Positions 28,470 through 39,232 of a stretch of DNA of 64,000 bases are shown here, one piece after another. Each line of letters starts with the position of its first letter. Positions within the stretch are counted from its first letter, which is position 1. Both the position numbers and the translations under genes were made by a program. A model generated the notes under the pieces. The model made no database searches, was not told where the DNA came from, and saw only the letters and a list, made by a program, of their open reading frames with translations. This stretch comes from an uncultured Gemmatimonadota bacterium (GTDB lineage: Bacteria; JAAXHH01): the NCBI GenBank assembly GCA_951812955.1, contig OX638340.1, positions 768,001 to 832,000 on the forward strand, written 5' to 3'.

Positions 28470-28508
28470 CAGCTTCGTTTCTCCAAGGTCCGATTTCCTC
28501 CCGCGGCC

Positions 28509-29690
28509 TCAGTTTGCCCTGGATTCGACGCCGATCCCGTCCACTATCCGCGGGTTCGGGTGCAGTATGACGATATCCCCGGCCGCTATGCCTTCGAGGA
28601 TTTCGGCCTCTGTTCCGTTCTGTTGTCCGACGGACACCCCGATAGTTCTGGCTTCACCGTCTTCGACCACGAATACGCCCCAGTCTTCACCGACCCTGAA
28701 GAGGGCGCTGGTCGGGATCTTGAGTACCTCTGGTTGCTCCCAGACGACGATGCGTCCCGTGACCCGGTAACCGTCTCCCAGCACGGGCGGGGTTTCCTCG
28801 AGATCAACGATCACGTTTACCCGTTGTTCGTCCACGCCCAGAGCGGATACCTGCGTGAACGCTGCCGGCTCGACACGGCTCACCTTACCGATCAGCGGAT
28901 CTGGTCCTCCCCACTCCTCTATCCATACCGTCTGGCCGACGTCGACCCGAACGGCATCGGTGGATAACACATCAATCATTACTTCCATGTCGCTGGGATC
29001 GCCCACCTCCAGCAGGGGCGTACCCGCTACGACCACCCGTTCGCTTTCTTCGATAATCCGCAGCACCTGTCCATCAACCGGTGCGGAGACGGAGAGGATG
29101 GCCTTCGCGTCGCCTCGCTCCTCCCGCAGGGCCAGCAAGGCCGCCTGGACGACCTCCTGTTCGGATACGGCAGCACGGTGACGGAAGAGGGAGGATTCCA
29201 GCGTCCGTTCGGCGACCGTCGCGGCGTGCACGGCGCGTTCCAGCCGCTCTCTCGAGATGCTGCCGCTCGCGGCGAGTTTCTCCGCCCTTTCGCGGCCGCG
29301 GACGGCTTCTTCCTGCTCGACCCGAGCACGGGCGACGTTCGCCTCGGCCTCGCGGACCAGGGCTTCGGCGGTCTCGATACGGGCGCGGGCTTCGGCGGAC
29401 TCCCGGGAACCCAGGGGCGAGGGCGTAATGCGGGCCAGTTCTTGCCCACTGGCTACCCGGTCGCCTTCTTTCCATTCCGGCCGGGCGAGCCTGCCGGACG
29501 CCGGCGCCGTGATCAGATAGCGTTGCTTTACCCGGGTACGACCCTCTTCGCTGATCGCCACGCGCATGGGTCCGACTGCCGCGGTTCCCGTATCAACCAG
29601 CAACGGAGAAGGCATGAAAGCGCGGACGAGGAGTACCAGGACGACGGCAACGATCACCAGGAACACAACGTGCTTGCGACGTAGTTTCAT
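28509..29690 (-). CDS. HlyD-family periplasmic adaptor (membrane fusion protein) of an ABC efflux system
   Basis: It has an N-terminal TM anchor, a long coiled-coil region rich in A/E/R, and C-terminal beta-barrel segments. Confidence 0.7.
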   Translation of the reverse strand: MKLRRKHVVFLVIVAVVLVLLVRAFMPSPLLVDTGTAAVGPMRVAISEEGRTRVKQRYLITAPASGRLARPEWKEGDRVASGQELARITPSPLGSRESAEARARIETAEALVREAEANVARARVEQEEAVRGRERAEKLAASGSISRERLERAVHAATVAERTLESSLFRHRAAVSEQEVVQAALLALREERGDAKAILSVSAPVDGQVLRIIEESERVVVAGTPLLEVGDPSDMEVMIDVLSTDAVRVDVGQTVWIEEWGGPDPLIGKVSRVEPAAFTQVSALGVDEQRVNVIVDLEETPPVLGDGYRVTGRIVVWEQPEVLKIPTSALFRVGEDWGVFVVEDGEARTIGVSVGQQNGTEAEILEGIAAGDIVILHPNPRIVDGIGVESRAN

Positions 29691-29703
29691 TTCGGCCCCT
29701 CGC

Positions 29704-32070
29704 TTATTCCTGTATTTTCAACACGCCGATCATATCGAGGTGGCGCAGTTGTCTGTGAACCAGGTACGCGGACACCACGGCCGCCGCCGAAACGACCAGG
29801 AATGCGAACCCGTAGGTCTTTCCCGTGATGACCAGGGGCATCCTGTACAGCTCCTGGGCCGTGGCGTCCACGGCAAGATAACATAAACCCCACCCGATTA
29901 AAAATCCAATCGGTATCGCCATGAGGGTAACGATGGCCTGTTCGCCCAGGAGGACGACCGATATCTCCCGTTCCGTGAATCCGAGCACGCGCAGGCTTGC
30001 CATCTCGCGGTTTCGTTCCGCCAGGGCGATGCGGGCGCCGTTGTACACCATGCCGCAGGCGATGATGCACGCGAATACGGTCAGCGTAAACGTGGTGGCG
30101 CTCGTGCTTTCGGCGATGGAGTCTTCAAATCCCTTGATCACTGCCTCGCGGACGGCGACACCCGCCACGGCCGGCGTCTCTTTCAGCGTACGGTACAACG
30201 CCTCCGCCTGAAGCGGATCAACGGACAGATACGCGCCGGATATCGTGGTGCCCTCTCCGAGGAATCGGTTCAACGCGCGGTTATCCATGTAGGCGGATAT
30301 GCCGATCAATTCATCGACGAGCAGGGATACCGGTAACCGTCCGCGCATCCTTGAACCTTCCAGGACTTCGACGGCGACCATGTCGCCCTCCCGGACCGCC
30401 AGGAGATCGGCCAGCGTCCTGGTCAATACGATACCTTCCGGGGGCATGGGCAGGATCCGTCCATCCCGGTCGATCAACTGCCTCAACTCACCGGCCGGGT
30501 CTAGTCCGTTGATGGCCGTCTGCTTCATGCGATGTCCCGACCGGAGCCTGACGGGCACAGCGCGGTAGGGTTCGGAGCGGACGACCCCGGGGAGATGGGC
30601 CAGTTCGAAACGGGCCCTCGCGGGACGCGGTCCGGCGAACACGACCGCGGCGTCTTCGCGCTGGACGGTGCGGAACTGGTAGTCGATCAGGTACTCGATC
30701 GAGTCGAAGGTAAACCGTCCCATGACAAGGATCGCCACGGCCATGGCGATACCGAAAGCGGAAAGCACGGTCTTAACCGGCTTACGTTCCATGTTGCGAA
30801 AGATCATTCTCCATACGGGGGAGAGCATTCGATGCACGCCCAGGCGTTCCATCGCCAGCGGTCTGAAGTGGGCGGGAGCGTCCGGCCGCATCGCTTCGGC
30901 GGGAGGTAGAGCCATGGCCGACCGCAGCGCGTGGAGCGTGCCAAGGAACGCGGCGGAAACACTGATAAGCGCGGCCAGGGTGATGACCTCGAAATTCAAC
31001 GCGTAGACCAGGTCGGGGAAACGGTAATAGTCCTGGTACAACGCGGTGAGCGGCCTGCCGATCAGGAAGCCGCCCACGATGCCGAGGAGCGTGCCGCCGG
31101 ATACGGCCAGGAAGGCGAATTTCAGGTAATGCCATCCGATCGTCAGGTTACGGTACCCGAAGGCCTTCATGATGGCGATCTGATCTCGCTGGGCCCGAAC
31201 CATCCGGGAAAACACGATGTGCAACAGCAGCGCTGCGATTCCGAGAAAAACGGCCGGTGTGAAGTTGCTGGATACGCTCAAGCCAATGATTTCATCCATA
31301 AGAAACCGATGGGAGATCTGGCTGTCTCTGCCATAGGCGCCTGTACTCCCATAGGGCTCGAGTACGAGATCCATCCGGTCGATCACGTCCCGCTCGCTCG
31401 CCTCGGACGACAGGGCGGCCGACAGATCGTTGAATCCGCCCTCCATGTCGAAGGCCGCGCCCAGGGCGTCTCTGGCCATCCAGATCACGCCGAAGCGGAG
31501 GTTGTCCGGGAAGATGGATCCGGTGCCCTGCACTTCGTATACGTACTCGGGCGACAGACCTATACCGACGACGTGCAGCGCTTTCTGCCGGCCGTTGATG
31601 ACCGCCCCGATCCGGTCGCCGGGCGTCAGTCCGTTGGCCTCCGCGAAGGCTTCGCTGATGATGACCTCATCCGGCCTGCCGATCGCCGGATATCGGCCCG
31701 CCTGGATCGCCACATCGTTGAGCACCGGCCTGCGCCGTTCGGGCATGGAAACCAACCGGCCGGTCGCGGGTTCATCCAGACCGGGAACGTCCAGGTTTAC
31801 GTCCATCACGATCCGCGTGCGGACCCTGGAAACACCGGGAATCCTTGCGATTTCCTCCGCGGTGGAGGCCGGCGCCCGTTTAACGCCGGCAAATACATCG
31901 GCGAACCGGTAAAGAGCGTAGTAGGATTCCTGGGACTGCAGGAGGGAGATATAGGTATGGCGCGAGGAGACGTAAAGCATGATTCCGCAGGCCATCACCA
32001 GGGTGATGGCGATGACCTGGCCGCGCATGCGCGCCAGTTCACGGAATACCTTGCGGTTCAGGATGGACAT
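29704..32070 (-). CDS. ABC transporter permease with duplicated FtsX domains (MacB / YbbP-like)
   Basis: 788 aa. It has two repeats of periplasmic domain plus 4 TM, each with FtsX-type motifs. Confidence 0.7.
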   Translation of the reverse strand: MSILNRKVFRELARMRGQVIAITLVMACGIMLYVSSRHTYISLLQSQESYYALYRFADVFAGVKRAPASTAEEIARIPGVSRVRTRIVMDVNLDVPGLDEPATGRLVSMPERRRPVLNDVAIQAGRYPAIGRPDEVIISEAFAEANGLTPGDRIGAVINGRQKALHVVGIGLSPEYVYEVQGTGSIFPDNLRFGVIWMARDALGAAFDMEGGFNDLSAALSSEASERDVIDRMDLVLEPYGSTGAYGRDSQISHRFLMDEIIGLSVSSNFTPAVFLGIAALLLHIVFSRMVRAQRDQIAIMKAFGYRNLTIGWHYLKFAFLAVSGGTLLGIVGGFLIGRPLTALYQDYYRFPDLVYALNFEVITLAALISVSAAFLGTLHALRSAMALPPAEAMRPDAPAHFRPLAMERLGVHRMLSPVWRMIFRNMERKPVKTVLSAFGIAMAVAILVMGRFTFDSIEYLIDYQFRTVQREDAAVVFAGPRPARARFELAHLPGVVRSEPYRAVPVRLRSGHRMKQTAINGLDPAGELRQLIDRDGRILPMPPEGIVLTRTLADLLAVREGDMVAVEVLEGSRMRGRLPVSLLVDELIGISAYMDNRALNRFLGEGTTISGAYLSVDPLQAEALYRTLKETPAVAGVAVREAVIKGFEDSIAESTSATTFTLTVFACIIACGMVYNGARIALAERNREMASLRVLGFTEREISVVLLGEQAIVTLMAIPIGFLIGWGLCYLAVDATAQELYRMPLVITGKTYGFAFLVVSAAAVVSAYLVHRQLRHLDMIGVLKIQE

Positions 32071-32166
32071 GGCTGTCTCGCTCCGAGGCAGGAAGCGAAA
32101 TGAAACGGACGGAATCGATCATGCCGGGCCGACGTAGGCTACCAGTTCAAATCGGGACGACGCCGG

Positions 32167-32988
32167 CTACCAGCTCAACTCGTCCGGACGTTTTTTCACC
32201 GGATTGGCATAGACCTCGAAGATCTCGCCGCTGCGCAGCCGGATGACCCGGTCGGCCATGTCGGCGATCGCCACGTTGTGGGTTATGACAGCGGTCGTGG
32301 TGCCCAGCGTGCTGTTGACCGTCTCAATTACTTCCAGCACCCGTTTGCCCGTCGCATAGTCCAGGGCGCCTGTGGGCTCATCGCACAGGAGCACTTCGGG
32401 TCGTTTCGCAATGGCCCGGGCGATGGCCACGCGCTGCTGCTCTCCACCGGACATCTGGGCCGGGAAGTGATGCATGCGCGGTTCCAAACCCACGAGTTGC
32501 AGAGCGTCTTCGGCCGGCATCGGATGTTCGGCGATCTCGGTGACCAGTTCCACGTTCTCCAGCGCGGTAAGACTCGGGATCAGGTTGTAGAACTGGAATA
32601 CGAACCCCACGGATTTCCGTCGGAAACCGGTCCTTTCGCTTTCATCCGCCCCGGTCATTTCCCGTTCGCGATAGAATACCTGTCCACCCGATGGCACGTC
32701 GAGACCGCCCAGGATGTTGAGCAGGGTCGACTTGCCGCTTCCCGATGCCCCCAGGAAGACGGCCAGTTCACCCGCGTACAGGTCCAGATCGACCCCCCGC
32801 AGGGCGGACACGTCCACCTCGCCCATGCGGTAGACCTTGGAGATGTTGCGGGCGCGGAATACCGGAGCTGCCTGAACTGCGGCGTCGTTGTTGGCACGGT
32901 ATACCGGACCTGCCTGTTCTGCGGCCACGCTGTGTCCTCCTGGTCGGGACGGTCTACGAAATGTCTGATCGGATCGAACCTGGTTCAT
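32167..32988 (-). CDS. ABC transporter ATP-binding protein (MacB-type ATPase)
   Basis: Walker [10 protein letters not shown], signature [14 protein letters not shown] and Walker B LLCDEPT are present. The track start at 33069 overlaps the upstream gene, so I chose the internal start MNQVRSDQ. Confidence 0.8.
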   Translation of the reverse strand: MNQVRSDQTFRRPSRPGGHSVAAEQAGPVYRANNDAAVQAAPVFRARNISKVYRMGEVDVSALRGVDLDLYAGELAVFLGASGSGKSTLLNILGGLDVPSGGQVFYREREMTGADESERTGFRRKSVGFVFQFYNLIPSLTALENVELVTEIAEHPMPAEDALQLVGLEPRMHHFPAQMSGGEQQRVAIARAIAKRPEVLLCDEPTGALDYATGKRVLEVIETVNSTLGTTTAVITHNVAIADMADRVIRLRSGEIFEVYANPVKKRPDELSW

Positions 32989-33028
32989 CGCAACTGAGCA
33001 CATCAACCGGAATGCGGGGCCGGCCTCG

Positions 33029-34873
33029 CTATCTGTGCCACGGGAACCTGGCCGTCGGCTGGTTGGCATAGCGTTTCAGACCTAACGTCAGTCGCGCGCC
33101 GGACCCGGGCGCCAGACGCACCGTGAAATCGGTATCGTCCACGTCAATCCGCAGGCCGTCGTACTCGACAGCGCGTACCTGGTGCTCCCCATAGGCGCCA
33201 CCCTGCACGGTCACGGTGCGGGCGTCGACCGGGTTGACGTTCACGAGATGCACATCGAGCCCGTCCCTGTCGATCCGGTCGATCAGCACCGCCACGTCTT
33301 CCGGAACGCCTGGCCTGCCGCGTTCCGGGTCGAAATACCAGAGCCTGCAGTGCAGCGGGCGGGCATAGGCTGGCCTGGCTCCGCCGGTCATGAGGTTCAC
33401 GAGGGTCTCGATCCGCGCCGGATTGAAGGGATTGGGATTGTCCGACAGACGCGTGTCCGGAGTAGACATATCACTGCGGATCTTCTCGACCTGGTCCCGC
33501 AAATCGGAGAAATCCTGCTTCAATGCTTCTACGGGAAAACCGGGGTTCGTTCCGTCCAGGTAATTCAACCAGGGTTGATCGCCGGCCAGCGCGCGGTCGC
33601 CGGGATTCATGGACCAGTCGTACACCTCGACCGCTCCCCGGTCATAGGGTTCGGGCGCGTAGTCGTACCATCCTTCGTCGCCATGCATGTGGGGATACAT
33701 CTCGACCCCGTCAACGGTCTTTTTGTTGGCATTAACCGACTCGAGTACGGTGCGCCAGACGTCCACGTACTTCTGGTCACCGGTGAGCAGCAGGGCGTTC
33801 CCGAACCCGTCAACCGCGTGCGCGACGGCGTTCAGGGTGAAATTGTCCAGCCGGCCGTGGCGATGGGCGAAGACCTTGTGGTTCCATCCGTAGACACCGC
33901 CCCACCACCGTCCTTCGCAGGCACTGCCGATGACGCCGTCCAGGCCCACGTTCGAGGGGATCACGCCCCCATTGGCATAGGTGCGTTCCACCCACGCGTC
34001 GGCATATTCCAGGATCCAGTCCCGGTACTTCGTCTCGCCGGTGAGCGCATAGGCGTTGAAGGCCAGTCCCGTGCAGATGAGGTTCAGCGGATGGTCGCCG
34101 GCCACGTCGTTGTAGGTCTCGAACCGCTCGCACATCTCCGCGTAGTCCCGCTGGCCGTGCAGCAGGTCGAACCGGCCGTCCTCCAGCGGGTCGCCTACCC
34201 AGTCCAGGGCCGTGGTCTTGCGCAGCATCGGTCCCCGGCTGCCGTTGAACATGCTCCGGATTAACCTGAGCTCAGGGTCGTAGTTCTTCGCCTGGGGATC
34301 CTCGTCCATGTAGAAACCAGCGAATCTTCTAGTCCGGCGTATATGGTTATCGTCGTCCGGATCGCAGTTCCCCAACAGGTTGAACACCACCAGCCCCTCG
34401 GCGTGATGGGCCCAGTCGCTGTGCACCGGGAATTCCTTGTAGTACATGCCGTCCCGGGCAAAGGGCACGTCGACGGTCTTCGCCTCCGTGTACTGGCGGA
34501 TGTGGCCGTCCTGCGCCGTCTTACACATGTCCCGTATGCGGTCTCCCCCGCCGAGCAGGTAGACGACGGGCCAGTGGGCCAGGTTCTCGATGGCGTCGTC
34601 CGGACCGTCCAGCGCGCCCCAGCGGGGAACGCATTCCAGGTATCCCTTCTCGTCGAAATACTTGTCGTAGAACAGTTCTAGGGCCTGGGTCATGGATCGA
34701 ATGAGCGATCGCTCCAGCAAGGCCCACTGCGGCGGGGCCTGGGGCGTGTCGATATGGATGATGCGATTCGGCATAGAGTAGATTCCCCGGGTGACGTGCA
34801 GGACATTGGTGGTCAGGATGTTCTTTACATCATTTATATCGCGCGCTAGCTTGCCGTGCTGCTTGAAAGTCAA
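33029..34873 (-). CDS. Hypothetical 614 aa protein, possibly a polysaccharide-active enzyme
   Basis: It is a long cytoplasmic-looking protein rich in W/Y/H/D, as carbohydrate-active enzymes often are. I recognise no diagnostic motif. Confidence 0.4.
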   Translation of the reverse strand: MTFKQHGKLARDINDVKNILTTNVLHVTRGIYSMPNRIIHIDTPQAPPQWALLERSLIRSMTQALELFYDKYFDEKGYLECVPRWGALDGPDDAIENLAHWPVVYLLGGGDRIRDMCKTAQDGHIRQYTEAKTVDVPFARDGMYYKEFPVHSDWAHHAEGLVVFNLLGNCDPDDDNHIRRTRRFAGFYMDEDPQAKNYDPELRLIRSMFNGSRGPMLRKTTALDWVGDPLEDGRFDLLHGQRDYAEMCERFETYNDVAGDHPLNLICTGLAFNAYALTGETKYRDWILEYADAWVERTYANGGVIPSNVGLDGVIGSACEGRWWGGVYGWNHKVFAHRHGRLDNFTLNAVAHAVDGFGNALLLTGDQKYVDVWRTVLESVNANKKTVDGVEMYPHMHGDEGWYDYAPEPYDRGAVEVYDWSMNPGDRALAGDQPWLNYLDGTNPGFPVEALKQDFSDLRDQVEKIRSDMSTPDTRLSDNPNPFNPARIETLVNLMTGGARPAYARPLHCRLWYFDPERGRPGVPEDVAVLIDRIDRDGLDVHLVNVNPVDARTVTVQGGAYGEHQVRAVEYDGLRIDVDDTDFTVRLAPGSGARLTLGLKRYANQPTARFPWHR

Positions 34874-35157
34874 AGCGTCCTGGCAAGCAAGACGATCGGG
34901 TACTTAAGTTACTGTTTTATAAGCAGTTGCAAGCGATGAACCGGAATTTGGGCTGGTCACGAAGATAGAGCCTGGCCGGTCCAACGTCAAGCGGATCATA
35001 TACCGGTTTCTCAGCGCATTACGGCTACTCGCGCGTGTTGAATTCCTGAATGTTGTGCATCCCCACTTGTATACAAATGAACGATCTTATTGTGAAGAAG
35101 CCACGGTATAATGAACGGTCTTTTTATGAAAAGTGCCACGTGATTCGGAACAATCCA

Positions 35158-36579
35158 ATGAGAAGACGCATGGCTGGTCGAAGCGTAATGCTGATCGCCG
35201 GAATGTTTATGCTGGCTGTGACCGGGTTCGAGACCCTGGCCCAGCCGGAAACGATCGACCGGTCGAACCTGGTCCTTGAACTGTTGTTCGACGGGGACGC
35301 CCGGGATACGAGCGGAGGCGGGCACCACGGTGAAGTAGACGGTGCGGTGCTCACGGCCGACCGCTTCGGACGACATAATGCAGCCTATGCATTCGATGGC
35401 CGGAACGATTTCATCAGCATCTCGCCCCCGCCGTCGCTCCTGGAAGACGCGTTTACGCTTTCTGTCTGGGTCAATTATGATGACGATGCTTTCTCGCGAT
35501 ACTGGACCAATGGCGTCATCACGCAGGACGACGGCGGCGGCAAACGGCGCGTATTTCAGCTCAGTACGCTCGGTCCGCTGCCCACCTGGCATCTCATGGG
35601 CCGTGGCCGAGACCCGCTCATCACCCGTCCCATCGGCACCTCCTTGTGGCGGCACCTGGCCGTAACACATGACGGTACGGTACACCGGCTGTACCTGGAC
35701 GGCGTTCTGCACGATCAGACCGAAGCGCCCTTACCACCACACGCGGAGGAACCCATCAACGTCGGCCGCAAGGGTTCTGGCGAATCGGAGTTCTACTTCA
35801 AGGGCGCCATCGACGACGTGCGTATCTACACGAGAACGCTCTTTCAGGAAGACATCATGAAGCTTGCCCGTGAAAACGGATGGCAGCCTCCCCCGCTTTC
35901 AGAATTGGACGTGCCAGACCCGCCCGAGTCATCGCTCGAAGACGCCCTCGTTGCCCACTGGCCGATGGAGACTGCCGAAATGCGCGACGTGTCGAGCAGC
36001 ACACTGAAGTCTATTGTAATGGGCAACCCCGAACCCATTGAAGGTCCAAGAGGTGGGGCGCTGCGATTCGATGGCAACGAGGACTGGGCGGTGGTAAAGC
36101 ACGAAAAGCTCGATCTGCTTCACTACCTGACGATTACCTGCTGGGTCAGGGGGTTCGATACCGAAACCAGGTACAGCCAGGTGCTCTGGTACGGCGACGG
36201 CGCCTGGGGACAGGACCCCTACTCCATGTCGATACAGGAAGGAAAGATCGGATTTCGTGTTGACGACGTGGCAACGCAGTGGGAACTGACGACCGAATCA
36301 CAGCCCGCGCCGGACGCGTGGACGTTTGTGGCGGCAACGCTGAATACCCGGCCGGACGGCCTCATGGATCAGAAAATCTACGTCAACGGGGTGCTTTCCG
36401 TGGAACAGGTGACGCCGAATCCCTACCGGTATATCGAACTGGGGCGCATGTGGCTCACCTTCGCGTCCTTCGGGAGCGGTTACGATAAGACTCGGCTGGA
36501 TCTCGACGACGTAAGGATCTATAACCGGGCGCTGAGCCGGCAGGAAGTCGAATCCCTTTACGCAGAACCGCAGGAGTAG
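35158..36579 (+). CDS. Secreted protein with two LamG-like (concanavalin-A-like lectin) domains
   Basis: The signal peptide is MRRRMAGRSVMLIAGMFMLAVTGFETLAQP. Two repeats of a roughly 200 aa module, with LSVWVN / ITCWVR and DDVRIY(T/N)RAL, are typical of Laminin_G_3. Confidence 0.6.
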   Translation: MRRRMAGRSVMLIAGMFMLAVTGFETLAQPETIDRSNLVLELLFDGDARDTSGGGHHGEVDGAVLTADRFGRHNAAYAFDGRNDFISISPPPSLLEDAFTLSVWVNYDDDAFSRYWTNGVITQDDGGGKRRVFQLSTLGPLPTWHLMGRGRDPLITRPIGTSLWRHLAVTHDGTVHRLYLDGVLHDQTEAPLPPHAEEPINVGRKGSGESEFYFKGAIDDVRIYTRTLFQEDIMKLARENGWQPPPLSELDVPDPPESSLEDALVAHWPMETAEMRDVSSSTLKSIVMGNPEPIEGPRGGALRFDGNEDWAVVKHEKLDLLHYLTITCWVRGFDTETRYSQVLWYGDGAWGQDPYSMSIQEGKIGFRVDDVATQWELTTESQPAPDAWTFVAATLNTRPDGLMDQKIYVNGVLSVEQVTPNPYRYIELGRMWLTFASFGSGYDKTRLDLDDVRIYNRALSRQEVESLYAEPQE

Positions 36580-36582
36580 GGC

Positions 36583-37971
36583 ATGGATCGCGATAGAGAC
36601 CGCGCGAACGAAGCGCATCAGGACCATACGGCAGGCGAAGGCATAGCGGCCGACGATAATCCGGCGGACAATACGGCATCGGACGCGCGAGGCAGCCGCC
36701 GACAGTTCCTGAAGCGCAGTATCGCCGCGGCCACCGGCGTAGCGGCAACCTCCGTGTGGGATGCGTCGTCAGCATTCGCGCAGGAACAGGAAGTACCTCT
36801 TCCCGGCCCGCCTGACGAGATTGGCGACGAATCCTACTGGGAGAAGGTCCGTGCGCAGTTTCATCTGAATCCCGATACCATTTACCTGAACAACGGAACC
36901 CTCGGCCTGTGCCCGAAGCCAGTCACGAAGGCTGTATTCGATGGATACGTTTACCTCGCTGAAACGGGCAGCGAAGGCAGGTATCAACTGTGGGATGAAG
37001 TGGAAGAGAGCCGGAAAATGGCCGCCGGCTTTCTCGGGGCGAGCGAGAAAGAAATCGCCCTGACCCGGAATGCAACGGAAGGGCTACGGTTTATCGTTAA
37101 CGGGATCCGCATGGAACCCGGAGACGAAATGCTCATGACCACGGACGAGCACATCGCGGGTTACCAGCCATGGAACCAGCGGGCTCGGCGTTATGGCATT
37201 CGAGTCAACCAGGTTCAGATTCCCAGTCCACCCAGGGATAAACAGGAAGTGATGGATCTTTTCGAACAAGCTTTGACGCCCAAAACCAAAGTGATTTTCT
37301 TCTGCCATGTTACCCGTGGTCCCGGCCTGCTCTATCCCGTCAGGGAACTGTGCGACATGGCCCGCGAGAAGGGTATTGTATCGGCCGTAGACGGCGCCCA
37401 GACACCCGGCATGAATCCGGTGAACTTGCATGAAATGGGATGCGACCTCTTCGCCACGAGCCTGCACAAGTGGGCGCTGACGCCCTCCGGAACAGGATGT
37501 CTATACGTTCGGGAGGGGTTCCAGGATAACTTCTGGCCCGGTTCGGGCGGGAACGGACCATGGAACGATCGTGAACAGGGTATGTGGCACGTCGGACCCC
37601 ACGGCACCTATGAGAGACCCGTCAGGGCAGCCATCAAGACCGCATTGAACTTCCTCGATTCCATCGGGATGGATGCCATCTATGCGCGAGACCGGATGCT
37701 GTCCGACAATCTGAAGGAACGACTACTGGAATTGCCGGGGGTCAGTCTGGGGACCTCCCGCGACCACGCGCTCTCCAGTCCCGGGATCACCTCGTTCAGC
37801 GTGGAAGGTTGGGACACCAGTCTGCTGCGTGGAATCCTGGAAGGAAAGGCCGGCATAATCCTGAGCAGGGATCAACGTAGATACCACGATCTGGTCAGAG
37901 TATCTACCCACTTCTACAACACCCCCGCGGAAATCGATCGACTGATCGAACTGTTGAAAGAAATCCTGTAG
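36583..37971 (+). CDS. Class-V aminotransferase (cysteine-desulfurase-like fold) with a twin-arginine signal peptide
   Basis: SRRQFLKRSIAAATGVAATSV is a Tat motif. The PLP-lysine lies in SLHKWALTPSGTGCLYV, and the N-terminal block NNGTLG is present. Confidence 0.7.
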   Translation: MDRDRDRANEAHQDHTAGEGIAADDNPADNTASDARGSRRQFLKRSIAAATGVAATSVWDASSAFAQEQEVPLPGPPDEIGDESYWEKVRAQFHLNPDTIYLNNGTLGLCPKPVTKAVFDGYVYLAETGSEGRYQLWDEVEESRKMAAGFLGASEKEIALTRNATEGLRFIVNGIRMEPGDEMLMTTDEHIAGYQPWNQRARRYGIRVNQVQIPSPPRDKQEVMDLFEQALTPKTKVIFFCHVTRGPGLLYPVRELCDMAREKGIVSAVDGAQTPGMNPVNLHEMGCDLFATSLHKWALTPSGTGCLYVREGFQDNFWPGSGGNGPWNDREQGMWHVGPHGTYERPVRAAIKTALNFLDSIGMDAIYARDRMLSDNLKERLLELPGVSLGTSRDHALSSPGITSFSVEGWDTSLLRGILEGKAGIILSRDQRRYHDLVRVSTHFYNTPAEIDRLIELLKEIL

Positions 37972-37994
37972 CGGCCCGCCCATGTCACGCCGGG

Positions 37995-38927
37995 TTACTG
38001 CTCCTCGCCGTTAAAGTGCTCCGCTTCGCGATCCCGCAGAAAATCCAACGCGCATTTCAAGTCGGGAATACCGCTCCTTCCGCCTAGCCGGGTGCAGCTC
38101 ATGGCGGCGACGGCCGATGCAAATTCGGCGGTCTTCTCCACCTCCCACGCCTGAAGCAGGCCGAATATAAACGCGCCGTGGTACACATCGCCCGCTCCGG
38201 TGGTGTCGACAACGCCTACGGGAAAGGCCGGTGTGTGAAACGATCTGCCACCAGCCAGCGTATGACTTCCTTCCTCGCCCACGGTTACGACCGTGACGGC
38301 AGGGCCATAAGCGGACAGGGCCTTCGCGGCTTCCGACGGATCGGTCTGGGTCGTCAACTCTTCAGAAAACACCCGGGATGCGATCAGGTAATCCGTCAGA
38401 TGCAGCAGGTCTTCGAGATCTTCCGGTGGGGTCACGGTGTCCGCGTCGAGCACCACGGGCACGCCGGAATCCCGCGCGAGCCGCGCCGCGGTAAGTGCCG
38501 CCCTTCGATTGGTGTTGTCCAGATGAAGGTATTTGGCGGAGGCGACCATCTCGGCGGGAACTTCGGCAGCAGGAAATGCTACGGTCGTGCCGCCAGCCAT
38601 GATGGTTCGCTGGCCGGTCGATTCGTCGACGAGGATCATGCTGATGGGCGTTGATGCGCCCGACACTATGCCCAGGTGGGTCACGTCGACCCCGTACAGG
38701 TCGAATTCCTCCTTCACGACCCGGCCAGCCATGTCATCGCCGATTTTACCCACAAAAGCCGTGGACGCTCCCAACCTGGAAAGCGCAACCAGCGCGGTGG
38801 AGACCATCCCGCCGCCCTGCTGTGTCGAGTCGCTCATCCAGACCTGTTCGTCCCGGTCCGGCAAGCGGGGCACGATCCCCAGGAAGTCCAGGCAAGCGCA
38901 ACCGAGTCCGACTACATCATATGCCAT
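37995..38927 (-). CDS. PfkB-family carbohydrate kinase (ribokinase-like)
   Basis: The N-terminus is DVVGLGCACLD. The anion-hole/ATP motif DTTGAGDVYHGAF is present. The start MAYDVVG is at 38927. Confidence 0.75.
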   Translation of the reverse strand: MAYDVVGLGCACLDFLGIVPRLPDRDEQVWMSDSTQQGGGMVSTALVALSRLGASTAFVGKIGDDMAGRVVKEEFDLYGVDVTHLGIVSGASTPISMILVDESTGQRTIMAGGTTVAFPAAEVPAEMVASAKYLHLDNTNRRAALTAARLARDSGVPVVLDADTVTPPEDLEDLLHLTDYLIASRVFSEELTTQTDPSEAAKALSAYGPAVTVVTVGEEGSHTLAGGRSFHTPAFPVGVVDTTGAGDVYHGAFIFGLLQAWEVEKTAEFASAVAAMSCTRLGGRSGIPDLKCALDFLRDREAEHFNGEEQ

Positions 38928-39232
38928 TATCGGGATTCCTCGTATCAAAATCCATCCACGTGTATACCTGTTTCATCCGCGATGACCGGAAGCGAATCGG
39001 AACACGTGAGATACTCCGTATGTATAGACATTCTCTATTTGTAGTGTATGAAGTCAGGGCAAATTAAACAGCCCGCGCGAAGCGTCAAGCCCAAATCAAT
39101 TGACAGGCTCCGGTGGCTGCGATACCATTTCACGACGATTCTGGATACACGGAGCCGAAACGTTCGGCGATCTCACATTTGTGTGTGATCCAATCTCCAT
39201 CGTCGTACCAATATCACAAGGATTCCCAGCCG

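Noticed and set aside
29704-32988. ABC module considered as the LolCDE lipoprotein-release system
   Set aside because: The permease is a single 788 aa double-FtsX protein paired with an HlyD adaptor, which is the MacAB/YbbP-type layout. LolCDE has two separate single-FtsX permeases and no membrane fusion protein.
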